Below the pieces are notes generated by a model that was not told the origin of the DNA, did not search any database, and saw nothing but the letters and a program-made list of their open reading frames with translations. A DNA stretch of 57,969 bases from a virus. Position numbers and translations under genes: made by a program. Of this stretch, positions 42,514 through 52,871 are shown in pieces; position 1 is the stretch's first letter; each line of letters begins with the position of its first letter. The stretch spans positions 1 through 57,969 of IMG/VR virus record IMGVR_UViG_3300027740_000002. One strand, given 5' to 3'.

Positions 42514-43065
42514 ATGGCAAAAATAAAAGCAATCAAACCACCAATCAAGCTCGACCTTGGCGCTGGCCGAAACCCTCAACCGGGATTTACCAGCGTGGAC
42601 CTGTTCGCCCCCGGAGTGGATGTTAAACTCGACCTCACCAAGTTCCCGTGGCCGTGGAAAGATGAGTCTGTCAGCGAAATCCATTGCTCTCACTTTGTTG
42701 AGCATCTCGACCAAGAGATTCGTCCGAGATTCTTTGAGGAGTGCTGGCGAATAATGAAGCCCGATGCGATCATGCGCGTCATCACTCCAAGTCACAAAAG
42801 TGAAAGGGCGCTGGGCGATTGCTCTCATAAATTTCCACCCGTCGTCGCGATGTTTTATCTCTACTTGCACAAAGGTTGGCGAGAGGCTAATAAATTAAAT
42901 TATGGATATTACGACTTGCGTTGTAACTTCGACAACCAATGCGGCCCCTCTGACATTTCCCCTGACTTCGCGAGCCGAAACCACGAGACTCAAATGTTCG
43001 CGCTTCGGCATTACCACGAAACGTATTCGGATATGTGGGCCGTTCTAACCAAGCGCCCGCTGTGA
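42514..43065 (+). CDS. Class I SAM-dependent methyltransferase (Methyltransf_11/23-like)
   Basis: ATG 42514. Contains KLDLGAGRNPQPGFTSVD, SEIHCSHFVEHL and RIMKPDAIMRVITP. Confidence 0.6.
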   Translation: MAKIKAIKPPIKLDLGAGRNPQPGFTSVDLFAPGVDVKLDLTKFPWPWKDESVSEIHCSHFVEHLDQEIRPRFFEECWRIMKPDAIMRVITPSHKSERALGDCSHKFPPVVAMFYLYLHKGWREANKLNYGYYDLRCNFDNQCGPSDISPDFASRNHETQMFALRHYHETYSDMWAVLTKRPL

Positions 43066-43069
43066 TTTT

Positions 43070-44899
43070 ATGTTCGGAGAATTTGAATTTGGCACAGGGC
43101 TGTTTGGCGACGGCGCAGGGGCGCCGATTCCGCCGACTCCAACGCCTGTCACTTTCCAACGCCTCCGCGTCGAATGCAAAACCAACGACTGCGCCGGAAT
43201 CGCGGCGGATGCCACTTTCTACTCACTTGACAACCCTCCTGCCGCCATCGCCGAAAACGAATCGTGCCTGACGAATGATTGCACTGGAATCGCACCCGAC
43301 GCCGAATCGTTCTCACTTCAAGACGCGCTCTTTTTTAACGGCACTCCAGTAACGGTGGTTATCACCTGTCCGGTTGGCGGGATCGGTTGCATTCCAGGCG
43401 AGCCGGTGGTTGTCACCTATCCTCCGGGGACATTTATTTTCCCCGACGTTCCCCAGACTCCCGGGCAACCCATCACTCTCTGCCTGAAAGGGTGTCAGTC
43501 CACGGTCTGTCGGACACTTCCCGCCGATGCTACCACGGCCCAGATCAACGCGGCGGTTGCGGCCATTATTCAAGAGGTTGCGACCCAGCAAGCCCAGTGC
43601 GATTTCCTGCCTCCAAGTTATCCATTCGGAACGTCAATTTCGCTTGGAGACTTCGATAGTTACGCCTGCATCAATTCTTCCTTCGGAGACACGATAGCGG
43701 CCTCCGTGAGTCCGGGCACAAGCTATCCAGTCACGTTTGGGATTATTGGAGGGGCGCTTCCGACCGGGATAACGATGATTGCCAATGTCGGAACTTTGGC
43801 GGCATTCGCTGGCACGCCAACCGTTGCTGGGAATTACAATTTCACATTGCGCGGCACGACCTCAGATGGCATTAGCGCAACGCGGGCGTATTCCATCAGC
43901 ATCGTGGGAATCACTACGTCGGCGACACTTCCTGACGCGACCATTGGCGAACCCTACTCCGTGACGTTGGCGGCGACGGGAATCAGTGGGACGTTGCTTT
44001 GGGGGATTGCATCGGGTTCGCTTCCACCCGGACTCACGATCAACACAGCAACCGGAGAAATCTCGGGCACACCAACGACCGACGATCCTTTTTCATTCGC
44101 CATCTTCGTTCAAAACAGCGATCAAGTTTGCGCCAAGGTGTTCACGCTGGACGTTGGAACGTGTTTGATAACCACGGCGTCACCGCTGCCGGATGGCACG
44201 GAGGATTCCCCTTACTCGACGACGCTCTCGGCAACCGACATTACCGGCACTTTGGTGTGGAGCATTATTGCTGGATCGTTGCCAACCGGGTTGACGCTCA
44301 ACGCGGCGACCGGAGAGATTTCAGGAACGCCAACAGTTGTCGAGACTTCCAATTTTACGACTCAAGTGGTAAATGGCAGCGGGAATACTTGCTCAAAGGC
44401 GTTCGCGCTGGAGGTCACCGCAGCCAGTGTTTGCCCTGATTGGACACAGCTTTCATGGAACGATAATGGGACCGACTATGCCATTGTTCAGTTTGGTGGA
44501 GGGGTCGCATCTTTTAACCCGGCAGGCGTTGGTATAACCGATTCTTTTTCTGCATCAGCATTTGCGGCAGCCAGTCCAGCATTTGCATTTGCGGCAAACA
44601 CCGGACGCATCACATACAACGGACCTGGATGCGACTGCATTTTTCACCTGGAGATTACTTCCGTTCCAAGTGCGGGGTCGGTTTCTGCATCTGCGGTTCA
44701 AAATGACAATCCTCCGGCCAACCTCCTTATCATTGATATGGTCGCACTCGGAGTAGGGACGCACGACCTGCCATTTACAATTCCAGACAGCGGCGGGGTT
44801 GACTCGCATATCAGTGTCCCTATGGCGGCGGATGCTAATCCGCCGGGAGGCGCACCACAGTCGCACATTTGGAGCGCGTCAATCAGCAATGCGCCATGA
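43070..44899 (+). CDS. Virion surface protein with a Cys-rich N-region and repeated putative Ig (He_PIG-like) domains
   Basis: 609 aa. Three units of the type LP.G..Y...L.ATG..G.L.W.I..GSLP.GLT.N..TGEISGTPT. Confidence 0.55.
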   Translation: MFGEFEFGTGLFGDGAGAPIPPTPTPVTFQRLRVECKTNDCAGIAADATFYSLDNPPAAIAENESCLTNDCTGIAPDAESFSLQDALFFNGTPVTVVITCPVGGIGCIPGEPVVVTYPPGTFIFPDVPQTPGQPITLCLKGCQSTVCRTLPADATTAQINAAVAAIIQEVATQQAQCDFLPPSYPFGTSISLGDFDSYACINSSFGDTIAASVSPGTSYPVTFGIIGGALPTGITMIANVGTLAAFAGTPTVAGNYNFTLRGTTSDGISATRAYSISIVGITTSATLPDATIGEPYSVTLAATGISGTLLWGIASGSLPPGLTINTATGEISGTPTTDDPFSFAIFVQNSDQVCAKVFTLDVGTCLITTASPLPDGTEDSPYSTTLSATDITGTLVWSIIAGSLPTGLTLNAATGEISGTPTVVETSNFTTQVVNGSGNTCSKAFALEVTAASVCPDWTQLSWNDNGTDYAIVQFGGGVASFNPAGVGITDSFSASAFAAASPAFAFAANTGRITYNGPGCDCIFHLEITSVPSAGSVSASAVQNDNPPANLLIIDMVALGVGTHDLPFTIPDSGGVDSHISVPMAADANPPGGAPQSHIWSASISNAP

Positions 44900-44943
44900 A
44901 CAATGATTGCCAGATTTGAGGAAAAGGAGTATGGAGTAAGCAG

Positions 44944-45972
44944 ATGAGCGCCTACCAATACACCCTCGCCGACGCCAGAGCCGACATCGGAATCAGGAAC
45001 ATCGCGGCGTCATGCGCGAACGGAGATCAGTTCCGGGATTTGGTAAACCGCGCCACACGACGACTCATCAAGAGAGGAAGTTGGTTCGGCACGTCGGTCT
45101 TGATGAAGCTTTGCACCAACGGATGTTCAGTTGTATTTCCACGACAGGTCGGAACAGTGATGGGGCTGCGTCTCTGTCGTTCGGGCGCGATGGAAATCCG
45201 AAACAACTGGTGGGCAATTGTATCTCCCGGATGCGGCTACGGATCGGATTTTGGTGGAGGCTGGGGTTATGGCTACGGCGGCAGCGCGTATTCAACCGAC
45301 GTTAACACTGTCCCGATCTTCAATCAAGTTTCGGGCAACACCGGAAAGCTCATCAGATACCACGTTGTCGCGGCGGCTGACATCGGAAAAAAAATTACCA
45401 TCTACGGAAAGAAATACGGAGGGCAACCACTGCAAGAAGAAGTTGGTGGAATCATTCAAAACGGACTGACAATTACGGCGGCAGTCCCCCTTGCCCAAAC
45501 GACAACCCTCGTCACCAAGATTGACTCGGTGACTCGCGAGGCGACTTCAAGCCCGGCGTACCTCTACGAATATGACCCGGCAACGACGCTGCTGAGAATG
45601 TTGGCCTCCTACGAACCGGGAGAGACGAACCCGAGCTACCGGCAGATGAAGATTCCACAGCTTGCTTGTGCGTGCCATTCGACAGATGAGAACGGCGTCA
45701 AGACGTGGCACATGGAGGCGCTGATAAAACTGGCCTACATCCCGGTCGTCAAAGACAACGATTTTCTCCTGATTTCAGACTTAGACGCGCTGGCGATGGC
45801 AATCCAAGCCATAAAAGCCCGCGAAGCGAATGACGTACAGCTTGCGGAAGCTCACTTCTTGTCTGCGATACGCGAGCTTAATTTCGAGGATCGCGACAAA
45901 TCTCCAGCGGACCAACTGAGCGTTCGCGTCTCAGTCAATGGGCCGAACTACTGTCTCCAAAGTTTATATTAA
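44944..45972 (+). CDS. Virion structural protein (adaptor-like candidate)
   Basis: 342 aa with AGGAG upstream. Call is by position only. Confidence 0.4.
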   Translation: MSAYQYTLADARADIGIRNIAASCANGDQFRDLVNRATRRLIKRGSWFGTSVLMKLCTNGCSVVFPRQVGTVMGLRLCRSGAMEIRNNWWAIVSPGCGYGSDFGGGWGYGYGGSAYSTDVNTVPIFNQVSGNTGKLIRYHVVAAADIGKKITIYGKKYGGQPLQEEVGGIIQNGLTITAAVPLAQTTTLVTKIDSVTREATSSPAYLYEYDPATTLLRMLASYEPGETNPSYRQMKIPQLACACHSTDENGVKTWHMEALIKLAYIPVVKDNDFLLISDLDALAMAIQAIKAREANDVQLAEAHFLSAIRELNFEDRDKSPADQLSVRVSVNGPNYCLQSLY

Positions 45973-45980
45973 GGAACAAA

Positions 45981-46460
45981 ATGGCTTTCGACATTTCTCG
46001 TTTTCTACCGGGCTTCAAGGGCAACCTCGCCTCCGCAGAGGGCAACATCGGCCAACTCTTGAGCGGTCAGCCCAGCACTGGCCCAGCCCGCTCTAAGGCC
46101 GCGTACTTCGGCGCGACGAGTGGTATGCCAAATTCAGGAGTGTCGAATGCGCTCGGCTACGATCTCTATCAACAGGACGCCGCAAAGAATCAGGAAGTTG
46201 GTTTTGACCAACTGATGAAACTTATCACCAGCACTCCCGGCAACGCCTTCGCCGATCCATCGCAGCAATTCGAGCAGGACCGATACAGTCAGGAATTCAA
46301 CGACCGGCGCCGTCGCGAGGAATTGGCGCGACAGGAGGCAGCAGCGGCACAGTCCCGGCTTAATCGCCCAAAGCTCGCCAGCGGACTCTATCGCCTGCCG
46401 GGGCAAGATACGCCTATGGGCACCTCAAACCTTTCGGTATTGCCAGCGTGGGCGCGTTGA
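45981..46460 (+). CDS. Internal virion protein candidate
   Basis: 159-aa low-complexity, Gln/Ala-rich ORF that precedes the giant ORF. Confidence 0.4.
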   Translation: MAFDISRFLPGFKGNLASAEGNIGQLLSGQPSTGPARSKAAYFGATSGMPNSGVSNALGYDLYQQDAAKNQEVGFDQLMKLITSTPGNAFADPSQQFEQDRYSQEFNDRRRREELARQEAAAAQSRLNRPKLASGLYRLPGQDTPMGTSNLSVLPAWAR

Positions 46461-46463
46461 TTT

Positions 46464-47300
46464 ATGGCTGAACTCCTTGACCCATTTGAACGCGAAATCC
46501 GGCGAACGCGCTCGCGAGTGCCGTTGTCGCCAAATCTGCAACGCGCCTTCGACGATGACATGGGGCGGGCGCTTGCTGAGTTTGAGGCAAGGACCTCGCG
46601 CCCGAGAGCCTCCGCGTCATTGACTGAGGCGGACATTGCTCAGAACAAGCTCTCCGATGAGTGGCGAAAAAACCCATCGGCATTCCCCAAAGATTTCGTG
46701 CCGTCATGGACGATTGGTCGTGAAGGTCCGCAACTTACCGCGCAGGGCCGAATGGACGCTGGAATTCCCGACCCAGAGAACCCGGAGGCCGTTCGGCAGG
46801 AGTTGATTGATCCTTTGATGGGGGCTTATGGGATGGATGAACTGAGTTCGCCAACGCGGGCCAGACCAATTCAACCTCGCACTTTCGAGATGGGTAACGA
46901 GTTGGTACAGATTGACCCACTTAGCGGGCAGGCTAAGTCGGTTTATTCGCGTCCTCAAGTCACCCCAGAACTAACGCCAAGGCAAAAGCTGGAATACAGC
47001 GACCTTCTAAAGCAGCGCCAGACCTTGATGGGGAAACAATTTCAGACGGCAGCGGACAAGGAAAGGCTTGGGATTTTAGATACGCAAATAGCGTCATTTT
47101 TCACACCCAAACAAGAAGCCACAGCCAGCCCAACATCCGCTAAAGCCGAGCCTGGCATTTTCATGGGCGATCCCCTGCAACAGCCCGCGCCGACCGCGCC
47201 TTCCGAGGCGCCAACGATTACTTCCAAGCAGCAATTCGATTCGCTTCCAAAGGGCGCGACTTACATCGGCAGAAATGGAAAGCGGTATCGCAAGCCTTGA
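46464..47300 (+). CDS. Internal virion protein candidate
   Basis: 278 aa with a disordered-type composition. Confidence 0.4.
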   Translation: MAELLDPFEREIRRTRSRVPLSPNLQRAFDDDMGRALAEFEARTSRPRASASLTEADIAQNKLSDEWRKNPSAFPKDFVPSWTIGREGPQLTAQGRMDAGIPDPENPEAVRQELIDPLMGAYGMDELSSPTRARPIQPRTFEMGNELVQIDPLSGQAKSVYSRPQVTPELTPRQKLEYSDLLKQRQTLMGKQFQTAADKERLGILDTQIASFFTPKQEATASPTSAKAEPGIFMGDPLQQPAPTAPSEAPTITSKQQFDSLPKGATYIGRNGKRYRKP

Positions 47301-47455
47301 CGCGGCGGAAAGTTTGAGATAAAAGTTTCAATGGCTCTGTGGTGTAATGAAGGAGTTTACTAAATGCCTTCAACTTGCGACCAAGTAATCGCAAGGAACA
47401 TCCCGACTTGAAACTCGGGGTTGCTAGATAAATCTGGCCGGAGCCACCAATTTCA

Positions 47456-50400
47456 ATGCCACTCAAAGACGAATGGGGCGGAGTCGAGGTTGCCGAACTT
47501 GAAGATGAGTTCGGAGGCGTGGCAATTGACGATGACGATGGTTTTGGTGGCGTACCTTTGGATGAGACGGAAACTGCCCGTCCCGATTTTCTGTCCGACA
47601 TGGGATTGGCCCGCGCTCCCATTCTCCCGATTGGCGAAGCTCCGTTGCCGCAGATGGACCCGTCTGGAATGGCGTTCACTCCTCGCGACGGCGGAGGATT
47701 CAACTTTGAGGGCGGACAACCCCCAGAAGAATCGCTTCTAGGCACAGCCAAAGAAGCACTGCTTTCCCCATTCACGCTTGCTGGTCGCGGCTTGAATGCG
47801 GCCTACTCCGATCTTGGGGCTGGGATTGGAACTGCCGCTGCCGGAAATTTGGATGCCTACATGGAGCAGGGCGGCAACTTGGCCAACTTCGTTCAAGACC
47901 CCTTCGGAGAGCAAGGGCCAACCCCGCAACAAAAAGTATTGGCTGATATTTCACGCAGCAATCCGGCGACGGCGACAGTTGGGAAGATTGCGGGCGGCTT
48001 GGTGGAATCAGCCCCGTTACTTGCGGTGATGCCGCAGGGCGCGCTAGGGAAGCTGGTCGCTGCCGGATTCACTGCCGACATGATCGCGCACGCTCCGCAG
48101 GCTTTTAAGCGAATTGCCGACCAAATGTATAAGCCCGAGGCAGAGCGCAACATGGACAACCTTACTTCCGCCCTTGCCGAAATCGCGCAGACAGCGGTAT
48201 TCGCGCCTTTGGCTGGGGCGCACGCGGGCGGGAAAGTTATCGGAGAGCGGGTTGCCCCCAGGCGGGAAGTTATTCGAGAGCTTGCGAACGAACTCCGCAA
48301 GAATCCGTTTTCAGACAAGCCAATCGCCCCACTGCCAAGACCTGAGAGGCAGGACCGAAGATTAAACCTTCGTCTTGACCAAGGCGAGAACATCCTTGGA
48401 ACTCCCGAGCTTCGAGGCTTGGCCGACCGCGCCTTGGAGCAAGGGCCGAATCCTCCATTGGCTCGTGGTGAAGTTTCCGCGCTCGAAAGAATTCGGCAGG
48501 AGTTGAATCCGCCACCCCAACTTGAGATGGTCGCGCCAACTAGATTGGCGGAACGCACCCGAGAAGCTGGGGAAACTACAGTGCGCCCCTCGGTAGAGGG
48601 GCTGAAAGTTGAGCCAGGATTTGAACGCGGAGCGAGCGACTTGCTTTTAGAGCGCCCCAACCCATTCTTCGACCGCGCCAGCGAAGCCGAAGGTCTTGGC
48701 CGCACATCGACCGCGCCAACAGTTGAGAGCATTCGAGCGCAACGGGGGGCGGAATCGAAGGCTGATCCGGTATCCGCAATGGTTGAAAAACTTAACCAGC
48801 GCAAAGAAAAGGTCAGCACTGACGACGTTGTTGATGTCGGAATTCAAGCAAAAGGAGTCTCCGATTTACAAGCATTGGCGGACGGCTGGAAGAAGTGGAA
48901 AGCAGACCTTACCGAAGCCAAGGCAGCGGCCTCAAAAGACCCATCGAAGATGGCGGCTTACGGAGCGATTGCCCAGCGGGGGCAGTTATATCGAGAGGCG
49001 ATTGAGTCCGCCACGAACAGCGGCAGCCACAAAATAGAGAATCGGATTGGTCGCGAGAAAAACCTTCCCGAACCAAAATTGGACTGGAAAAAGAATCCCG
49101 AAGTCGCGGCATGGCTCAAAAAGAACGGCGAGCAGCTTGGGATTGATGTCTCAGAAATAAAAGTGCCGGAGGTTAAGGCCGTGCGAAGGGCCACTTCACC
49201 AAGCGAACGCACCGCTCAAGAACTCGCTGACATCAAAATCGAAAACATCGGCGAATTATCCAAAGATTTGCCGGGTTATCTTTCCCGCGTCACCGAGGAA
49301 TTGGTTCACTTTGCGAGACAGGCAGCTAAAGACCCCGAGCTTCGCCCCGGACTAACTAGGGCATTTGAGAACGTGGCGAAGGCGGCACAAGAGCAGGGAG
49401 TTTCATTGGAAAGCCTGAACAAGAATCTGGCGAACGAGATGAAGCTGACCTACGGCAGCAACGCGGCGGAAATGGCGGAGAGTTTTTTTGGAAAGCCATC
49501 CAAAGCCGCACTAGAACCAACCCTTGAATCCACCCCACTCGACCCGCAATCGGGACGCTCCGTTTCCGAGACTCAGAAGTTTTTAGACCGGGCAAACCTT
49601 TGGGCGGACGAAATTCTTAATCGTGATCCCCGAACTCAAACACGAAGCGGACTCGACCCCGCGCAGGAAGCGCAACGCATCGCCGCGATAACCATCAAGG
49701 GCGCAGTCCTGATTCGCGATGGCGTTACCAATTTCAAAGAGTGGTCGTCTCGGATGATCGAACAATACGGCGAAGGAATACGAAGTCAGCTTAATGACCT
49801 TTGGGAGAAAGCGAATAATTATGCAAAAAGCACAGGCGGATTGGAGCCAAAACCAGTATTGGGAGGTCCGCAGGTACAACGAGGCGCTGAGAGTGCCCGG
49901 ATTGAACCGCAGACACCAACCATCGAAGGCGGTCCCGAGCGAATGCGCCAAAGCGCAGCCCGCGCCACAACCAGCGAAAACGTCCCCGCGCCAGTCCAAG
50001 AGAGAATCGCGACTGCGCCCGAAAGCTTTTACGAAAGCCAGAAATACAAAAGCGTCGAAGAAGCGGTAGCCGCCGCCCCCGATGCCGAGCTTGCGGCAGT
50101 TCCAAAGAGCAGCAACTTTTACGTCGCCTCCCGATTGGAACTCAGCCGCCGTCTGTTCGCCGAAGGTAAACTTGAGCAAGGCTACGAAGTTTTCAAAGAA
50201 GTTTCCAAGCAAGGAACTGAGTGGGGGCAGAACATCAATCAGTTCAAGATGCTCAAAGGCACAACCCCGGCGAACATTATTGATTTGGTGAACCAAGGCT
50301 TGAAGGAAGGCGGTCGCGATCCTCTTACCAAAAAGCAGATGGAGGATTTGGCGGGTGTTGCCGACAAGAGCATTGAAGCGAACAAGAGCCTCGAAACCGC

Positions 50401-52405
50401 CAAGAACGAATGGCAGAAGAATCCGACTGACGGCAACGCGAAGAAGGCGCAGGACTTACTCGACGCCGCGAACAAGGCCGATCTTGAGACGCAGCGGAAG
50501 ATGAACAGCTACAAGGTCAAGAACTGGCCGCAGATGCTCAAGACGTTCGCGCAGGGCAATCCGCTCACACCAATCTCGCACGTCGCAAACTTTGTGGGCA
50601 ACACGCTTGGCGCGGCGATGGAGGGCAGCAGCCGCAGCGTGGCTAACATGATTGACGCGACCCGAGCCATGCTGTCTGGTGGCGAAAGAAAGGTGATGTC
50701 GCAACCGATAGCTGGAAGTGTTGCGGCAACAAAAGGATTTGGTGTCGGATTAAAGAAAGCTCCCGGCATTCTCGCCAAAGGTTCAGGCGACACCATCAAA
50801 GGTGAGTATCGCGCCGGGCTTCAACCGCTGCGCTCGCTCGCCAAGGCATTTGCCAAGAATCCCGACGTGCCGACTGTTGGCGGGAAAGTCCCCATCAATG
50901 AGCGCGTCCGCATGGCCGTCGAAGGCACATTTGGAATCGCGCCGGAGGCGATGTTGCGCTTGCTCTCTGCGGCTGACAAACCGGCGTATGAAGCCGCCCG
51001 CGCCCGCCTGATTTCCGAGCAGTCGAAAATAAAAAACATTCCAGCGAAAGACCGGGCGATGGCGCAGAAGTTCCCCGAGTTGTTTTTCGACAAGGAAACG
51101 CTTAAGCAAATCAAACTGGAATCGGCTGACGCCATTTTCCAGCGGCCCAGCAAAGCGATTGATTACCTCCAATCCATGATTCGGGACAAGGGTGGAGACT
51201 GGGGCGACCTGGCATTTACCATGATGGTTTCGCCCTACAAGCTGACGCCTTGGAATCTGGTCGTCCGCACTCTCCAATACAATCCACTGATTGCGGCGGC
51301 AAAGACGGCACTGGAGGCCAACAAGGGCAACACTCGCGCTGCCGAGATAAGTGCGGGGCGTATGGTGGTCGGAAGCCTCCTCTATGGAGCAGGATATTAT
51401 CTCTACCAAAACGGATTGATCGGACCTTCGCTCGAAGGCCGCAACGAATCCCAGAAAGCGCGGTTGCTGTCTGGCGAAGTGCTGCCACCAAATCACGTCA
51501 ACGTCAGCGGATTGGAACGCTCCATTGCCGGTGGCGATCCTGCATTCAAGCCGGGCGACGAGACGGTTGACCTGACACGCGGCGGCGGCGCGGCTGGTGC
51601 AATCCTTAGTTCGGTCGCAAACATTGGCCGCAAGATGGAGAAGAAGCCTGAATCTGGCGGGGGCGAACTTGCGGCCTCTCTCGTGCGCGACGGTGTTTTG
51701 GAACAAGCCAACTTCACTATCAATCAATCCTTCTTGAAGGGTGTCACCGGAATGCTGGACGCCATTCAAAACGGCAATCTTGGCCCTTACGTTCAGGGCG
51801 TGGAGAACATGATTCTTAATGTCGGCACTCCGAACACACTGACCGCGATAAGCCGGGCAACTCGCGAAACCGCGCCCGACATGAAAACCGATACGGTCGC
51901 ACAGGAATTTGGAAACGTCGTCCGCAACCGATTTGGAATTCTTGGCGCTGATGACTACCTTCCGGCCAAGCGCGACCTGTTCGGCGAGCCGATGCCGCAG
52001 ACTCCCGAAGGCCGAAACGCCATTCTGTATCACCTGTTCGACATCTCGAAAGGGCGTCAAGTCACAGACGATCCCGTCAAGCTGGAGCTTTACCGGCTGT
52101 GGCGAAGGACGGCTAGCAGTGAGGTGATTCCCTCCATACCCGAGCGCCAAATCACAGTGGACAAAAAGACCTATCCACTTCCGACGCTGCTGTATTCCAG
52201 ATTCGCCGAACTGGTAGGCAAAGAGCGCAAGGTTGTTCTGGATGAGATTGTCAAAAATCCAGAGTTTAACGGACTTTCAGACGAGGCTAAGATTTCGATT
52301 CTTGAAAAGGTTTATCGTGCTGGCGCAGAAACCGGCAAGCAGAAATTCCTATCTGAAAGCTTCGATAAATTAACGCCAACACAAGAGAGGGCTGGGTTCA
52401 AATAA
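47456..52405 (+). CDS. Giant internal virion / DNA-ejection protein candidate (1649 aa)
   Basis: Longest ORF in the window, at the position that gp16-like core proteins occupy in podoviruses. I recognised no catalytic motif. Confidence 0.45.
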   Translation: MPLKDEWGGVEVAELEDEFGGVAIDDDDGFGGVPLDETETARPDFLSDMGLARAPILPIGEAPLPQMDPSGMAFTPRDGGGFNFEGGQPPEESLLGTAKEALLSPFTLAGRGLNAAYSDLGAGIGTAAAGNLDAYMEQGGNLANFVQDPFGEQGPTPQQKVLADISRSNPATATVGKIAGGLVESAPLLAVMPQGALGKLVAAGFTADMIAHAPQAFKRIADQMYKPEAERNMDNLTSALAEIAQTAVFAPLAGAHAGGKVIGERVAPRREVIRELANELRKNPFSDKPIAPLPRPERQDRRLNLRLDQGENILGTPELRGLADRALEQGPNPPLARGEVSALERIRQELNPPPQLEMVAPTRLAERTREAGETTVRPSVEGLKVEPGFERGASDLLLERPNPFFDRASEAEGLGRTSTAPTVESIRAQRGAESKADPVSAMVEKLNQRKEKVSTDDVVDVGIQAKGVSDLQALADGWKKWKADLTEAKAAASKDPSKMAAYGAIAQRGQLYREAIESATNSGSHKIENRIGREKNLPEPKLDWKKNPEVAAWLKKNGEQLGIDVSEIKVPEVKAVRRATSPSERTAQELADIKIENIGELSKDLPGYLSRVTEELVHFARQAAKDPELRPGLTRAFENVAKAAQEQGVSLESLNKNLANEMKLTYGSNAAEMAESFFGKPSKAALEPTLESTPLDPQSGRSVSETQKFLDRANLWADEILNRDPRTQTRSGLDPAQEAQRIAAITIKGAVLIRDGVTNFKEWSSRMIEQYGEGIRSQLNDLWEKANNYAKSTGGLEPKPVLGGPQVQRGAESARIEPQTPTIEGGPERMRQSAARATTSENVPAPVQERIATAPESFYESQKYKSVEEAVAAAPDAELAAVPKSSNFYVASRLELSRRLFAEGKLEQGYEVFKEVSKQGTEWGQNINQFKMLKGTTPANIIDLVNQGLKEGGRDPLTKKQMEDLAGVADKSIEANKSLETAKNEWQKNPTDGNAKKAQDLLDAANKADLETQRKMNSYKVKNWPQMLKTFAQGNPLTPISHVANFVGNTLGAAMEGSSRSVANMIDATRAMLSGGERKVMSQPIAGSVAATKGFGVGLKKAPGILAKGSGDTIKGEYRAGLQPLRSLAKAFAKNPDVPTVGGKVPINERVRMAVEGTFGIAPEAMLRLLSAADKPAYEAARARLISEQSKIKNIPAKDRAMAQKFPELFFDKETLKQIKLESADAIFQRPSKAIDYLQSMIRDKGGDWGDLAFTMMVSPYKLTPWNLVVRTLQYNPLIAAAKTALEANKGNTRAAEISAGRMVVGSLLYGAGYYLYQNGLIGPSLEGRNESQKARLLSGEVLPPNHVNVSGLERSIAGGDPAFKPGDETVDLTRGGGAAGAILSSVANIGRKMEKKPESGGGELAASLVRDGVLEQANFTINQSFLKGVTGMLDAIQNGNLGPYVQGVENMILNVGTPNTLTAISRATRETAPDMKTDTVAQEFGNVVRNRFGILGADDYLPAKRDLFGEPMPQTPEGRNAILYHLFDISKGRQVTDDPVKLELYRLWRRTASSEVIPSIPERQITVDKKTYPLPTLLYSRFAELVGKERKVVLDEIVKNPEFNGLSDEAKISILEKVYRAGAETGKQKFLSESFDKLTPTQERAGFK

Positions 52406-52478
52406 CCCTTCCCCAAATCCCAAAACCTTGATATTATTTGTTCAATAACTTTATGGCCTACAAGAAACGCAAAAAGAA

Positions 52479-52871
52479 ATGAAGCTTGTTCCGAAACTTC
52501 CTCATTCACCTTATCCGCCGCAGGGAGGTTACAGCTTCCTTGATCCCCGCACGGGAATGAGCTTCGACGGCCTCCATGGTAACGTCGAATCAACTGCCCG
52601 GAAGGTCGTCGCTCATCGAGTCGCCAACCCCAAACTGTATCCCGAAGGCGGCGGAGGCTTGGACGAAACGATTCAGGAAATCTACGCGCAAAAGAACGCG
52701 ACTCACCCACATCTTTTTTTAGGAGGCCCGGAATTGAAGCTAGGACAGCAACCGCAGGCGGCTACGGTTTGTGCTTGCGGCTCTACAGAGTTCGTCGAAA
52801 TTCTGTGCAAAACGTGCGGATCAAGGGTGGTCACAGGTCGCAAGTGTGCGAAGTGTGGGAAAAAGGTATGA
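52479..52871 (+). CDS. Hypothetical protein with a C-terminal zinc ribbon
   Basis: 130 aa. Contains CACGS...CKTCGS...CAKCG. Confidence 0.5.
   Translation: MKLVPKLPHSPYPPQGGYSFLDPRTGMSFDGLHGNVESTARKVVAHRVANPKLYPEGGGGLDETIQEIYAQKNATHPHLFLGGPELKLGQQPQAATVCACGSTEFVEILCKTCGSRVVTGRKCAKCGKKV

Noticed and set aside
39777-44899. Diversity-generating retroelement targeting the fibre or Ig genes
   Set aside because: No reverse transcriptase ORF and no template/variable repeat pair was found anywhere in the window.
47893-52150. Long antisense ORFs inside the 1649-aa gene (47893-48819, 49583-50296 and 50783-52150, all on the - strand)
   Set aside because: They lie wholly within one coherent 4.9-kb + strand ORF. 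Their translations are Arg/Ser/Pro/Ala-rich and low in complexity, which is typical of the shadow frame of GC-rich coding DNA.
52454-52483. 9-codon ORF (MAYKKRKKK) overlapping the 52479 start
   Set aside because: It is too short to support. The A-rich spacer likely produces it by chance.
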